Shown: piece after piece, positions 1 through 55,068 of the stretch | How the letters are laid out: each line of letters starts with the position of its first letter | Numbering within the stretch: position 1 is the stretch's first letter | Origin: Octopus vulgaris | Lineage: Eukaryota | Assembly: GCA_951406725.2 (NCBI GenBank) | Contig: OX597827.1 | Location: 40,548,001 to 40,612,000 of the forward strand | Direction of reading: 5' to 3' | Length of the DNA stretch: 64,000 nucleotides | The notes under the pieces: generated by a model | Told to the model about the DNA's origin: nothing | The model's database searches: none | The model's input: the letters and a program-made list of their open reading frames with translations, nothing else | Program-made: the position numbers and the translations under genes

Positions 1-275
1 GCTCCACGAGGCTCCGGCAGGGGATGGTGGTGATCCCTGCTGTACTCTTTCACCACCACTTTCTCTCACTCTTACTTCCTGTTTCTGTTGTACCTGTATT
101 TCAAAGGGCCGGCCTTGTCACTCTCTGTGTCACGCTGAATATCCCCGAGAACTACGTTACGGGTACCAGTGTCTGTGGAGTGCTCAGCCACTTACACGTT
201 AATTTCACGAGCAGGCTCTTCCGTTGATTCGGATCAACCGGAACCCTCGTCGTCGTAACCGACGGAGTGCTTCCA
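1..275 (+). mobile_element. tRNA-derived SINE (family C), cut by the window edge
   Basis: gctccacgaggctccggcagggg...gtactcttt matches the copies at 19640-19858 (-) and 49091-49395 (+). Confidence 0.75.
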
Positions 276-581
276 ATGCATGTATATACGTGTGTGTGTA
301 CGCATATACATACACAAAAAATGCGCACACACACATGTTTCAGTAATTCGTTTTAAAATGGCACTCGTAATATGGCGAAAATGGTTATGGAGAAAACTCA
401 GAACAATAGCCGTTCAAAAGAAAAAAAGCAAAAAACGGTAAAATACGTTCGTTTGTGTTTTTTTTTTTTTTTGCGTGAAATGTTGATCACATACGAATCC
501 TAAGACACAGGTTTCAGCAGTGAGCTAATGCTATAACATCATCATCATCATCATCATCATCGCCTTCACCCCTCCACCACC

Positions 582-613
<32 letters not shown>

Positions 614-816
614 GAAGCAACAGCAACTATGATAAAGATTTTTATTTAATTACAATGAATAAATTTATTAAATAAGTTCTTCACGCATGTTCTGTGTTGT
701 TTCTCTGGTGAGGAAGATGAAATAAAAACACATATCAAATATGCGCCATATACATCCTAAGGTAGACGCTGTATATCTTATGAGAATCAAGAAATGTGGT
801 GTGTGTATATACATAC

Positions 817-879
<63 letters not shown>

Positions 880-1736
880 AATGATAATAATATGAGGGAA
901 TATTATTCCAAACTTACAGGGAAAAATTCAATTTAGAAATACTAAATCAAATTTCTGAAAATATAGTATATATACATATATATATACTGAATTGATAAAA
1001 GGTGGTTATATATATATTTATATATATATACACATGTGTGTGTATATACAGATATGTGTGTGTATGTGTGTCTGTGTGCATGTATGTATAAAAGGAACAT
1101 GTAAAATGGCTTGATGAAAGTTCAGGCTTGCTATACTATTTTTCTCACACGAATGATGTCACTCAAAACACATACTTGCGCGCACACAAACGCATGTCTT
1201 TTGCTTAATATAAATATAATAAATAGCGCAAAAATATCTATAGACATACTGTCAAGCATACCGTCACACATACACACGTCTTCTACCTCTGTTGGCCTGC
1301 AAGAAATAGAAGTCAAATTCCCTTGAAATCAAGCTTTTCTGTCTTTAAGGTAAAGTATTAGGAGCAAATGAATAATGTTATCTTGAATGAACTGTGCCTG
1401 AAGGCAAAAAATATAATTAGAAAAAGGGTTGATAGTCACTGCAAGAGCGTCCTGGATCATCATAAATCGGTACGATTAGCGCTGAACTGGGGTTAATGAA
1501 CAACTGCAATAACTAGACATTAAGACACAGACACACGTACGCAAAAGCACGCACACACACAATGTGTCTTTTATCTATTAAGGCCTCGTTAAGCTTCAAC
1601 AAGTGTGTACAACGACAACAGCAGTAGCAGCGACAGTAGCAGCAGTAATAGCAAAGAGATCCACAACTTGATCATCACCCCATTCTATGGAACAGGATGC
1701 TGATAGTAAGCGTATAAAAAGGACCAATCGTATTAC

Positions 1737-1770
<34 letters not shown>

Positions 1771-1772
<2 letters not shown>

Positions 1773-2133
1773 TTCAATTCGTCCTTAGTCGAAAGACACC
1801 TGTTATGTCCTGTTATTATTTTTATTGTTTTTTTATGTTGTATTTATTGTATTTATATTTGTGTAACATTGTTTTTTCGGTCCTTGTTTTTGTATACATT
1901 CGATGCTTTCTTCCAAGGAATCTAATGCTCTTAGCTTAGTTTTTCCTTGGGGCTGGCCAGATTGGAGCAATCTCGAGTATAATCAGCCGAAATTGCGAAG
2001 ATAATCTGGTACTCGACTGAGGAAAGAAAACTTTGAATGACCCGTCCTTGTTTTCTTTGTATCGTCTGGATGTTTTGTTGTCCCTTTTTGTATGACCTAG
2101 TTGTCCGGATGTTTTGCGCTCTTGTCCCATTTG
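1771..2133 (+). mobile_element. Retroelement-like fragment flanked by (GTAT)n, carrying a highly structured RNA module
   Basis: (GTAT)n on both sides; shares GGCTGG...GTATA(A)TCAGCCGAAA with the hammerhead-bearing repeat at about 50710-50890. Confidence 0.5.
1938..2032 (+). ncRNA. Predicted double-pseudoknot RNA with a kink-turn and hammerhead-like core motifs
   Basis: Helices GGCTGG/TCAGCC, CCAGATTG/TAATCTGG, GCAAT/ATTGC, TCGAGTA/TACTCGA and outer TTTCCTTGG/CTGAGGAAA; GA/GAAGA internal loop; CTGAGGA, GAAA and ATC motifs. Paired by eye, not by computed folding. Confidence 0.5.
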
Positions 2134-2331
2134 TATGTATGTATGTATGTCATTATTCAGTTTTATGTATTTTATAGATATAAATGTATGTATGTATATA
2201 TGTATCTTCATATTCATAGTTCAGTTAAAACAGGTTACCCTGAAGGAATACAGTTCAACTTTGACAGGCTGGAGTGACACACCACAAAAATACTTGCAAT
2301 AACAACCCTGCCTTCATTTCTTATAGTTATA

Positions 2332-2717
2332 ACAGGTACCGTATTGAGGTGCAGTTGACATTATACAGGGTACCAAAGGTACTGTGTTGAGGTACGGTCG
2401 ACGTTCTACTGGTTACAATTGGTATTGTGTTGAGGCGCAGCCGATATTCTGGAGGTAACAAATGGTACCGTATCGTGGTGCAGCCAATATTTCGGAACAT
2501 ACAACAGGTACCGTATCGGGGAGCAACCGATATTTCGGAACTTACAATAGGTACAGTATCGTGGTGCAGCCGATATTTTTGATGTTACAGTTCATACTGT
2601 ATTGAGGTTCTGTCAATATTTTGGATGTTATTACAATTATGACTGAGTTGAGGCGTAACCGACATTCTACAGATAAGCTGGATCTGTATTGAGCTGCATT
2701 CCATATTCTTGAGACGG
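2332..2717. repeat. Degenerate 43-bp tandem minisatellite, about 9 copies
   Basis: Units such as acaggtaccgtatcggggagcaaccgatatttcggaacttaca recur every 43 nt with many substitutions but conserved length. Confidence 0.85.
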
Positions 2718-2882
2718 TGTTGACGTTGATGCTGTTATAACTGACGAGAGCTTTCGTTGGACCGAACGGTGTTTAGGGTTCCAAGTTCGAATCCACCGAT
2801 GTGCAGAGAAGCTGAATCTGCTCAGTAATAAAGCGGGGTGGAGTTAGGGGCTAGCAGCAGCAACCACAGCAACTGCTGCTGC

Positions 2883-2946
<64 letters not shown>

Positions 2947-3404
2947 ACTGAATAACAGCAACAAAGATGATCGCCCAAGCTACTAGAAAAAGAAGCTATA
3001 TATCTCGCCAACCACACGCTATTTTCTTATTAAGGGCCAGATCGCGTTAGTTAATGTAAACATATTACATGCCTGCCCCTAAAGAGAAAGCGGTATGCTC
3101 ATTTGCTGTGTGATGCCTGTTATCATAGGTCCGTTAGATCAGAGTTGGCTCGGGGTTAAATAACTATAGCGACAACAGCCTCCAACAGCAATAATAGACC
3201 AAAAACTACCACCACCACTACCACCACCACCACCACCACCACCACCATCACCACCACCACCACCACCACCACCGCCACCAGCAACAACAGTAACAACAAC
3301 AACAACAACAACAGCAACCACTACCACCACCACAACAAGTCACAACAACAGCAACACTAAAATCGAATGATCACTTAGAGTCGATCGATCTATCAGAAAT
3401 AATG

Positions 3405-4525
3405 GTTTCAAATCTGGGTACAAGGAGAGCAAATTAAAGAAGGAGGAGTTTAAATGGATTACATCGAACTCAGTGCTCAGCTGGTACTTTATTTTCTCGG
3501 CCCCCAGCGAAATCGACCTCGGTGTAAATTGAACTCAGAAACGTAAAGAACTAGAAAGAAATACTGCTATGCATTTTGTCCGTCGCACTAACGTTTCTTA
3601 TTTCTTTATTGCCCACAAGGGGCTAAACATAGAAGGGACAAACAACGACAGACAAAGGGATTAAGTCGATTACATCGACCCCAGTGCGTAACTGGTACTT
3701 AATTTATCGACCCCGAAAGGATGAAAGGCAAAGTCAACCTCGGCGGAATTTGAACTTAGAACGTAACGGCAGACGATATACCTATTTCTATTTCTTTACT
3801 ACCCACAAGGGGCTAAACACAGAGAGGACAAACAAGGGCAGACAAACGGATTAAGTCGATTATATCGACCCCAGTTCGTAACAGGTACTTATTAAATCGA
3901 AAGGCAAAGTCGACCTCGGCGGAATTTGAACTCAGAACGTAACGGCAAACGAAATACCGTTAAGTATTTCACCCGGCGTGCTAACGTTTCTGCCAGCTCG
4001 CCACCTTAACCCCTTACAAATAATCGTTTCTATTATAGGCACAAGGCCTGAAATTTGGGAGAGAGGGATAGTTGATTACAACTACCTCAGTACTCAACTG
4101 GTACTTAATTTAGCGACCCCGGAAGGATGAAAGGCAAAATCGACCTCGGCGGAATTTGAACTCAGAACGTTGCGGCAGACGAAATACCGCTAAGTATTTC
4201 ACCCGGCGTGCTAACGATTCTGCTAGTTCACCACCGTAACCTGTTACAAATAATAACCAAATCTCCCTCGAATCACACCTGCGTTTTCAAGAAATGAAGG
4301 TAGCAATGGATAACAATAATATGTTCTTTCCTACTCTAGGCACAAGGCCCGAAATTTTGGGGGAGGGGGCCAGTCGATTAGATCGATCCCAGTACACAAC
4401 TGGTACTTAATTTATCGATTCCGAAAGGATGAAAGGCAAAGTCGACCTCGGCGGAATTTGAACTCAGAACGTAAAGACAGACAAAACACCTGGCGTGCTA
4501 ACGTTTCTGCCAGCTCGCCGCCTTA
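3405..4525 (-). mobile_element. Cluster of tandem/nested tRNA-derived SINEs (family A)
   Basis: Repeated cgaccccgaaaggatgaaaggcaaagtcgacctcggcggaatttgaactcagaacg (reverse complement of a B-box plus a core that resembles the MetaSINE domain). More copies at about 6190-6580, 16455-16665, 31224-31440, 44430-45028 and 47620-48310. Confidence 0.85.
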
Positions 4526-5410
4526 GCTAACAATAATCTGTTAACAATAATATGTGGGATGGTCACATATGGAACACCTTTGATTATAGGGGTTATATGG
4601 GGCGCTTACAGCAGAATTCCACCCCAAACTGTAATGACTATGGCCAAAGTGTCTTTACGACGGCAATGATTACTGATTCAGAATGCAAAGAGCCAGGAGA
4701 AATGTTGCAATGCTTTTCAATGCTTTTCATTCAGACTATCTCTAACGGTTTCTACCAATCCGCTCTCCTAATCCACTCTCTTGCTATGTAACAACAGTAA
4801 CAACAGACAACGAGAAATAGCAGCCAAATTTCCTTCGAATAAATTGCATTCTACTAACCGAGAGAGAGTGCATTAGATATTCTTGTTCAAAATTCAAAAC
4901 AAACCGAAGCAACAAAAAACAAAACAAAACAAAACAAACAAAAACACAACCCCTTCACCCCCCCCCTCCAAAACCACTACTAAACTTGAAATAAAGTCGA
5001 GTGTATCTTTGTAGGCCTATTTGATTAGAACAGACCTAGGTCTAAACAACATTACCCACCCCCACCACCACCACAACAACAACAACAACAACAACCAACC
5101 CTAATGGCAAATAAAAGTCGTAGCAATAGCAATTGCAAAATCTCGTCTATATACGATAACGAAAAGAGCCTTAACTGGTCCCTCAATATCCTAGAAATAA
5201 CAGTGAAATCTCCTTGAAATTATTCCCTACTGGTTAAAACAAAATCACATGCACTATACATTAAGAAATGGTATGGTCATAGCTTTGGTATGGTCATAGC
5301 TGGAATGATTTTGATGGTGGGCCCACTCAGGGCAGACTTGGGACTACAGAACGCCAACAATCACAACAAATATAAAAAACAATATCAACAACGTCAACAA
5401 CAACGGCAGA

Positions 5411-5441
<31 letters not shown>

Positions 5442-5550
5442 CCAACAATAACAGCAATAATAACGTCAACAGTGGATGATTTCTGGGATGGACCGAGCAG
5501 CGATTTCGGATTCCAATTTTCCTTGGTTTTTGTCGTTTTTCTTCGGTGGT

Positions 5551-47078
<41,528 letters not shown>

Positions 47079-47224
47079 AGTGAAGTCTGCTGTCACATCA
47101 AACCCGCTTCGGTACTTCAGCACAAACTCTGCTTTGTAGGGTGAAAGATTTCCGTGTAGATCTGCCAAAAGACGAAATTATATTAGAAATAATATGAATA
47201 TCGTTCATATATGTATACACACAA

Positions 47225-47310
<86 letters not shown>

Positions 47311-47389
47311 CAGAGGAGTTTCCACCTTTTTATTATATAACTAAATTAAATGTCCATGTCAAGTCTTTCCAAGCCGTTTGCTTTTTCAG

Positions 47390-47462
<73 letters not shown>

Positions 47463-47507
47463 TTACCTATCTGTCTGTCTGTTTGCCTCTCTTTCTGTCT
47501 GCCTGCC

Positions 47508-47578
<71 letters not shown>

Positions 47579-49044
47579 GGTTTTTAGCACGCAAAAATAG
47601 GAGCTTCGATTTACATATTGGTTTCAAATTTTGCGACATGGTTAGCAATTTCTGGGAAGGGGCTAAGTCGATTACATCGACCCCAGTGTTGAACTGGCAC
47701 TTATTTTATCGACCCTGAAAGGATGAAAGGCAAAATCGATTTCGGCGGCATTTGAACTCAGAACGTGATATGTAAAATATACTGACTAAACGACAAAATA
47801 TGCTACTGTCGTCAACAGAGGCTGAGCATAGACAGGTGACCGATACGAATATATTTCCAGATAAATATACTTTAGAAGATGACCAAAAAGAGAATGGATG
47901 AGATGAAGATGACTCTTGTTTACTCTCGATCAATCTGCGTCGAAAATTGTTTTGCTACTGTGACTGTGTTTCTGTAAAAACCATTGTTCAAGTACGTTCT
48001 TCATAATTTTGGCGCAAGATATGCAATTTTTAGGGGAGAGGCAAGTCAATTATATTGACCCAAGTACTTAACTAGTATTTTATTTTTACTAATTCCGAAA
48101 CGTTAAAAGGCCAAGTTGACCTCGGTTGGATTTGAACTCAGAAAGTAAAGAGCTGGAACAAATGCCGCAAAGTACTTTTTCCGTTGCTCTAATGCTTCTG
48201 CCTGTTAGTTACCTCAGCGGTATCTGATTACATCGAACTTCGTACTTGACTGGTACTTTATTTTATTGATTCCGAAAGGATGAAAAGCAAAGTCGACATC
48301 GGCGGAATTTGATCGTTCGGGTTCATTCCATTACCTGACTCTCCTGGATCAAAAATAACCGCACAATAAAGTCACGAAGTGTCAAAATCCGGAGAAAATT
48401 ATTTCAGCTCTTCCGCATTGAACCACAGTATTACATCGCCAATAACATCGACAATCAAAATCACAAACGTATTCAAGACTACTGATACATCATACTTAAA
48501 AAAAAAAAAAAAAATCAAGAAATTCATTTCTAAGCAGGAATGCACACAGCAATACTATACTGCTGTAAAGGGCATAATGTTGGTTGATGCAGTGTATAGA
48601 ATAGTACTGCGATTAAATATGGAAGACTTCAATCCTTATGATATTACAGCCTCTTTTGATGTAACCTGATTTCGTAATTGGGGTTATTATCTAATTTGAG
48701 AAAATTCAGGTCGACTATCATGTCACTTTAGCAAGCTTTTAGATACATGATGTTCTCGGTGATATAATGACACACACACGCCGCACGCACGACGCACGCA
48801 CGCCACACGCACATACGCACATACGCACGTAATACATTAATGAATAAATGACAAGAGGACAGGAATCATGCAATCAATTTCGTTACCTTACAGCTGTTTC
48901 TGCTATAGGATGAAGTGCCTTCAGAGTCGAGTGCTTGAGCTGCATCATATAGTGAATGTTTCTGTGTGTGTTTATGGACGTATATATGTGTGTGTGCGCG
49001 AGTGTCTGTGTGTTTTTATTTATGTATAATATATACATGTAAGC

Positions 49045-49090
<46 letters not shown>

Positions 49091-49092
<2 letters not shown>

Positions 49093-49395
49093 GCGCAATG
49101 GCCTAGTGGCTAGGGCAGCGGACTCGCGGTCGGAGGATCGCGGTTTCGATTCCAAAACCGGGCGTTGTGTGCGTTTATTGAGCGAAAACACCTAAAAGCT
49201 CCACGAGTCTCCGGCAGGGGGTGGTGGCGACCCTTGTTGTACTCTTTCGCCACAACTTTCACTCAATCACTCTTCCTGTTTCTTGAGTAACGCTGCGATG
49301 GACTGGCGTCCCGTCCAGCCGGGAGGAACACATACGCCACAGAAACCGGGAAACCGGGCCCATGAGCCTGGCTAGGCTTGAAACGGGCGACGTTT
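49091..49395 (+). mobile_element. tRNA-derived SINE (family C)
   Basis: Head ggcgcaatggcctagtggctagggcagcggactcgcggtcggaggatcgcggtttcgattcc. Confidence 0.85.
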
Positions 49396-49993
49396 ATCGT
49401 TATATATATATATATATATGCATGTATGTATTTATGCATGTGTGTGTTTGCATGCGTATATTTATAATTGCGTCATATTTATAATTGCGTCACTACACAT
49501 AGACATAAGATACTAATTTAACCAATCATAAGTATACTGACATGTTTTGTGACACACCCGACCGTGTGACATTTCTGTGATATCTGTTTTTCAACAAGGT
49601 GTTTGGCTTTCTCAATGTCATTTTAATTAGGTCTTAACTATGTTAAGGCTTTCTTTTATATATTCATACATTCATACATATATCTGTGTGTGTATGTTTG
49701 AGTGTATGTATCTATGTGTGTGGTGTGTGTGTGAGTGTATGTGTCTATGTGTGTGTGTACGTATGTACATATGTAGCTATGTACCCTAACATATTTATAC
49801 ACATACGCACACACACATATTTTGATTTTTCACTTGGACATAGCGATCCTAATAAACTGGTGTATATACACACACTTTAAAATTAAGAGTTAGTTTGCGT
49901 ACAGAGTATAAATATGAAATTAAATAAATGGTAGGGTAACAGAAATTATGTAATCACACACACATATTTGTACATACACGCTCACACAAACAC

Positions 49994-50051
<58 letters not shown>

Positions 50052-50218
50052 GTGTATGTGCATGTGTGTGTTCGTGTGTATGTACGTGTCTATATGTGCA
50101 GGCATGTGCGTGTGTACACATGTGTTTATATTCACCAGGTTAAGAAAATGACCAAGATACATATGTCAAGATGGCGTCCCAACGGACCCATTAGGAGTTG
50201 GCGGCTCAAGAAAGGAAT

Positions 50219-50249
<31 letters not shown>

Positions 50250-50251
50250 TG

Positions 50252-50372
<121 letters not shown>

Positions 50373-50753
50373 GCATACGCGCATATTTACCTACGTACAT
50401 AGGTACATAAGCATGGAGACAGGGAAGCCAGTGCTGATGAAATATTTCATATGTCATTGTACAGTCCTCTGCCACTGAACAGAGAGATACCACAACAGAG
50501 TAAATGCCGTAACATATTGTCTTCAACACCATTATCTTATCAACGTGAAATGTCGTTGACAGCAACTAATAAACTAGACTGTGTTAATAATAATTTTCCT
50601 TAAGGTTACGTTCATATTTTATTAATCAAGTTCAACAACAACAACAACAACAACCGCAACAACAACAACAACCGCAACAACAACAACAACCGCAACGACA
50701 ACAACAACGAAAAATACCTTAGGAATGAGAACCCATGTTCGAAATTTCCCCAA

Positions 50754-50799
50754 GACACCTGATGAAGGCTGGAGGGTATATCAGCCGAAACGTTGTGTT
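50754..50799 (+). ncRNA. Minimal type I hammerhead ribozyme in a short repeat element (about 50710-50890)
   Basis: GACAC-CTGATGA-A-GGCTG(GAGGGTATAT)CAGCC-GAAACGTT-GTGTT; intact core; palindromic AACGTT stem III; stem I GACAC/GTGTT. Confidence 0.75.
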
Positions 50800-51251
50800 A
50801 ACAACAAATAAGATGAGGACAAATATCTGTCAAATGTAAATTATGTAAATAATGTACATAATTCCTCATCTCTTAAATATAGAACTGAATCATTATTTAC
50901 TCTTTGGTTCAGAAACTTTTCAATCTAACAGCCACTCCTCTTTCTTCAAAGTTCTTGCAATCTTGAGAAAAATAAATAGAATAAGGATTGGGTCATATGT
51001 TATTTAAGGAGGACGTTCCCGTATAATCATTAGATTTGGTTACTATAACGACCAAAGTCTTTCTTGAAAGTTTTTAAAACTATATAGGTGTATGAGTGGC
51101 TGTGTGGTAAGTAGCTTGCTTACTGACCACATGGTTCCGGGCTCAGTCCCATTGCGTGGCACCTTGGGCAAGTACCTTCTACTATAGCCTCGGGCCGACC
51201 AAAGCCTTGTGAGTGGATGTGGTAGACAGAAACTTAAAGAAGCCCGTCGTA

Positions 51252-51389
<138 letters not shown>

Positions 51390-51841
51390 GATATATGTTT
51401 GTGTATGTTTTCTTCCCCGTAACTTAGCGGTTAGGCAAAAGAGACCGATAGAATAAGTACTAGGCTTACAAAGAATAAGTCCTGAGATTGATTTGGCCCC
51501 AGTCAAATGACTGAAACAAGTAAAAGAGTAAAACTGAAAACTGCCGTATAACTCTTTACTTCCAGGGAAAAACACACAGACACACACACACAGACACACA
51601 CACACACACACACAAAACATTATACAATCAAAATGCTTCAATGAAATCATAGGACCCACCCAATGTATGAGTCAATTCTTCCTCAATAAACTCTTTCACT
51701 ATTTGTAAAATACGGACAGGTAAAACACAAATATTTGTAGCATGAGCAAAAAACAATAGAGTACTTAGTTTCATACACCTGTATTTCTCGTTCATAGTTG
51801 ACCTCAGCGAGATCTCAATTCAGAGCGCATCTAAATTTCTT

Positions 51842-52613
51842 ATTCAAAATCTCCGTGACCAACGATACTCTGCGTCTCTGTGTCTTGCCTTGGGCCCTCA
51901 ACTCCTTGATGGAGTACCAAAGGGCACCATTGTAACATACACTGTGTCTTTTTTTTATATATATTTTATTGAAGTGGTCGAATGGTTAAAATATAGGACT
52001 GTCGACCCGTGGTAGTCGTAATCAACTCGATTTGTGGATGTTTTATTTTGTCTATATAATCAACTGAGTTACTCTAAATCGCTAAATCACAATATAATAC
52101 GCCCTCGCGATAAATACAGAATGGTACCTAAAGCGAATATCGATTGAACATTTCATTTTTTAAAATATTTCGGTGACAAAATTCCTCTCAAACAGCAGAA
52201 GTGACCAAGACTATTCCAGTAGAATCTAACTGATACTTTACTTAATGATCCTCATAGAGATAAAGATGACCAGTTGGCAGAATCGTCAGAGCAGCGGACA
52301 GATTGCTTTACAGTAATCAATTCGGCTCTCTGCGCTCTGAGTTCATATCCCACCGAGGTCACCTTTACCTTTCATTCTTTCGGGTTCAATAAATAAATAA
52401 AGTATCTGTTGAGAACTCTATTCTACCCTTTCTCTCACTTTTTCTATTTGTCTTTCCCTCATTTCCGGGCTGGAATAAACCGTCAGGTATAAAAAAAACG
52501 CCCGGGACACGACGTATGTTACAACGGTGCCCCTAGGTACTTCATCAAAAGGTTAAGGGCCCAAGGCAAGGCATAAAGATGCAGAGTATCGTTGGTAACG
52601 GTGAATTTTGAAT
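51842..52613. repeat. Diverged inverted repeat pair (arms about 100 bp) around about 570 bp
   Basis: 51842-51940 aligns with the reverse complement of 52514-52613 at roughly 80% identity by eye. Confidence 0.85.
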
Positions 52614-52798
52614 GGGAAATGCAGGCGTATAAAAACTAAGTGTATGTATAGATATCCATATTATACATATACAAATGTACGTACATATGTATGCTTCTGT
52701 GTGTGCAAGAGAGACACAGATAGAGAGGGGGGAAGTTGCTGAGATAAGTGGCTGTTGAGAGATGTTACGTTTGTAATGACTTAGGGGACATTAATTAT

Positions 52799-53833
52799 GT
52801 TGTCCATGCTCTTAGATGGCGATATACAAGAAAGTTTCCCTGAAAAATGAAGCGATTATATATCTTTGCCTTATTGAAAGCAGCGCGAGTATTATTGAAG
52901 AAGCACGAGTATGGTGTGTGAATCAAGGCTGCGGAAGGCTAAAGAGGAGAGTAAAAAGCAATAATATTTGTACAGGAGAGTAAAATATTGTTAGAGGTGA
53001 CAGCAAGTGGATCGTAAATATGCAGAAAGAAGAACGTGTAAGTCATAGGGGAACACTGAAGTTGATCCGAATCTTCAGTTTTTATTGGAAAGCGTCTATT
53101 AGGTAAGACCTGCATGTTGCCTTCTGCCATGAAACTTTCGATCTCGTTATTTACTCAGGAGGGTTTCAAAATTGCCTGGCACAGTCAAAGGTTTAACTGA
53201 TGCTAAGCGGAAAGCTTTACTTTCACGGAAGTCTTCAAGCGCCAAAGACTAGTGAGAGAGTCAGTTTCTGGTGGTCAATCTAGCCCTACGAAAGAACCTA
53301 TCAGTTTTCACTTAGAAGATGAGAGAGATGCAACTAATGAGAGGGAGAGCTGTCACTAAGAAGAGGGAGTGATGCCACTAAGAAATAAGAAGAGACGCAA
53401 AGTGACCAGGATGACTGCTTCCATCATATCTGAGATGTTAACACCTCTTTCGATTTTATTTCAAATTCGATTGATGTCAGCATGTTTCATCATTTAGCCT
53501 ACACCGAAATGCCAGCCAAATCACCCTAAAATCACCCGAAGTTTCAAAAATAGGAAGGACACATTGAACAAAGTTGTTTGTTGTCAAAGATATACAAAGC
53601 TTTATTTACAGACGTAGAATTTGAGTACTTCAATTAATTACAAATGCTCTGTAAAACATCCGTATATCGAACTCATTACGCCAGAGGGTTGGTAGTTCCA
53701 TTCTTTAACCATTCGACCATTTAGGAGATGGTATGAGTAAAAGCAGTAGAGCTTTCAATAAGGCAAAGATATATAATCGCTTCATTTTTCACGGAAACTT
53801 TCCTGTATATCGCCATCTAAGAGCATGGACAAC
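52799..53833. mobile_element. Element bounded by 83-bp near-identical inverted repeats
   Basis: gttgtccatgctcttagatggcgatatac...ttattgaaagc (52799-52881) is inverted at 53751-53833 with 2 mismatches. Confidence 0.75.
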
Positions 53834-53841
53834 TGAGTGAA

Positions 53842-54456
53842 CAACCGAACGGGAGACAAACACAGAAGGTCCCTAATTCTTCATCATTTATCAACCAATT
53901 GGTAATACTCAGTTTCACACCATTAATGATAAGACTGAGGACTTCCCGTATTGGCGGTGCCTGTAGAAAAACCTTTTGCGGAGAATTCGGGGCCGAGAGC
54001 AAATAAAACAAAGCAAAACAACAGAGTGTGATTTAGGGTCAAGGACGAACAGACGAGCAAAATACGGCCTTAGGGCCAAGAAGACAAGGATAGTGGGTAA
54101 CGCTTAGAAGATATCCTAAAGGATAGAGAAGAGAGAGAGAGAGAATTTACGACTGGTGAGCTACGGGATCAGTATGAGAAAGGGAGAGAAAGAGGGGAAA
54201 GAAAGTTGGCCACGGGTAACGTGACAGCAGCAGGCAGAGAAGAAGGACAGCAAGAGAGCGACAGAGAGAAAAAAGAGACGAGATGGAGGGAGAAGAGAGA
54301 GAGAGAGGAGAAAGGCTAGGAAAACAAGAGGGGGAGAAAGAAAAGGTGAAAGTGGAAAGGCTAGAATAGAAGCGAGAGGGTGAGGAAAGGAAAGAGTAGA
54401 AAGGTTAGAATAGATGTGAGAGGGTGAGAGAAAGAAAAGAAGAAAGAATGAAGGCC

Positions 54457-54513
<57 letters not shown>

Positions 54514-54700
54514 CAGGTATATAAAAAACTTACTTGTTAATACAAATTAGGTGTGTGTTGCGTTCCATTACTTAATAAATGAGAAAATATATTGAGTATA
54601 CAACCGGACGGGAGACAAACACAGAAGGTTACTATTCTTCATCAGTTAACCAATTGGTAATGCTAAGTTCCGCACCATTAATAATAAAACTGGAAGTCCT
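53842..54700. mobile_element. Penelope-like repeat with ~100-bp diverged direct repeats around a purine-rich core
   Basis: caaccgracgggagacaaacacagaaggt...ccaattggtaat at 53842 and 54601; the second copy contains CTGATGAAG on the minus strand. Confidence 0.55.
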
Positions 54701-55013
54701 CAGTTGCTATGGCTACTTTGGATAGATACAAAGTTGTTTCTTTGTTATGGGAATATTACGTGCAATAGTTATTTGTCGTCCTTAAAAAGGCACATATCAC
54801 TGTTCCTGTTTAGAGATGGCATGTATGTGTTCTGTCAATAGTAGTGATTGATAGACAGCAAAACAAGATAAATGCATCAACGACCTTTCGATTGTTTGCA
54901 GTTTGTGAAATGATTGACTCTTAACGACAATAGGCGTATTCGAAAACAGTGTGTATGTGTGTGTGTTTGTATGGTATGGTGGTGGTGATGGAGGTGATGA
55001 TGTGTGTGTATAC

Positions 55014-55068
<55 letters not shown>

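Noticed and set aside
2773-2850. Third terminal exon PLTPPRFITEQIQLLCTSVDSNLEP*
   Set aside because: The acceptor lies in a microsatellite and there is no prenylation motif.
47780-48500. Upstream coding exons for the Rab (acceptors near 47971 and 48495)
   Set aside because: Stop codons occur in the required frames; at most these are UTR exons.
49091-49165. tRNA gene-like heads (also at 19790-19858 and 22670-22744)
   Set aside because: They continue into SINE bodies and lack a proper acceptor stem and terminator.
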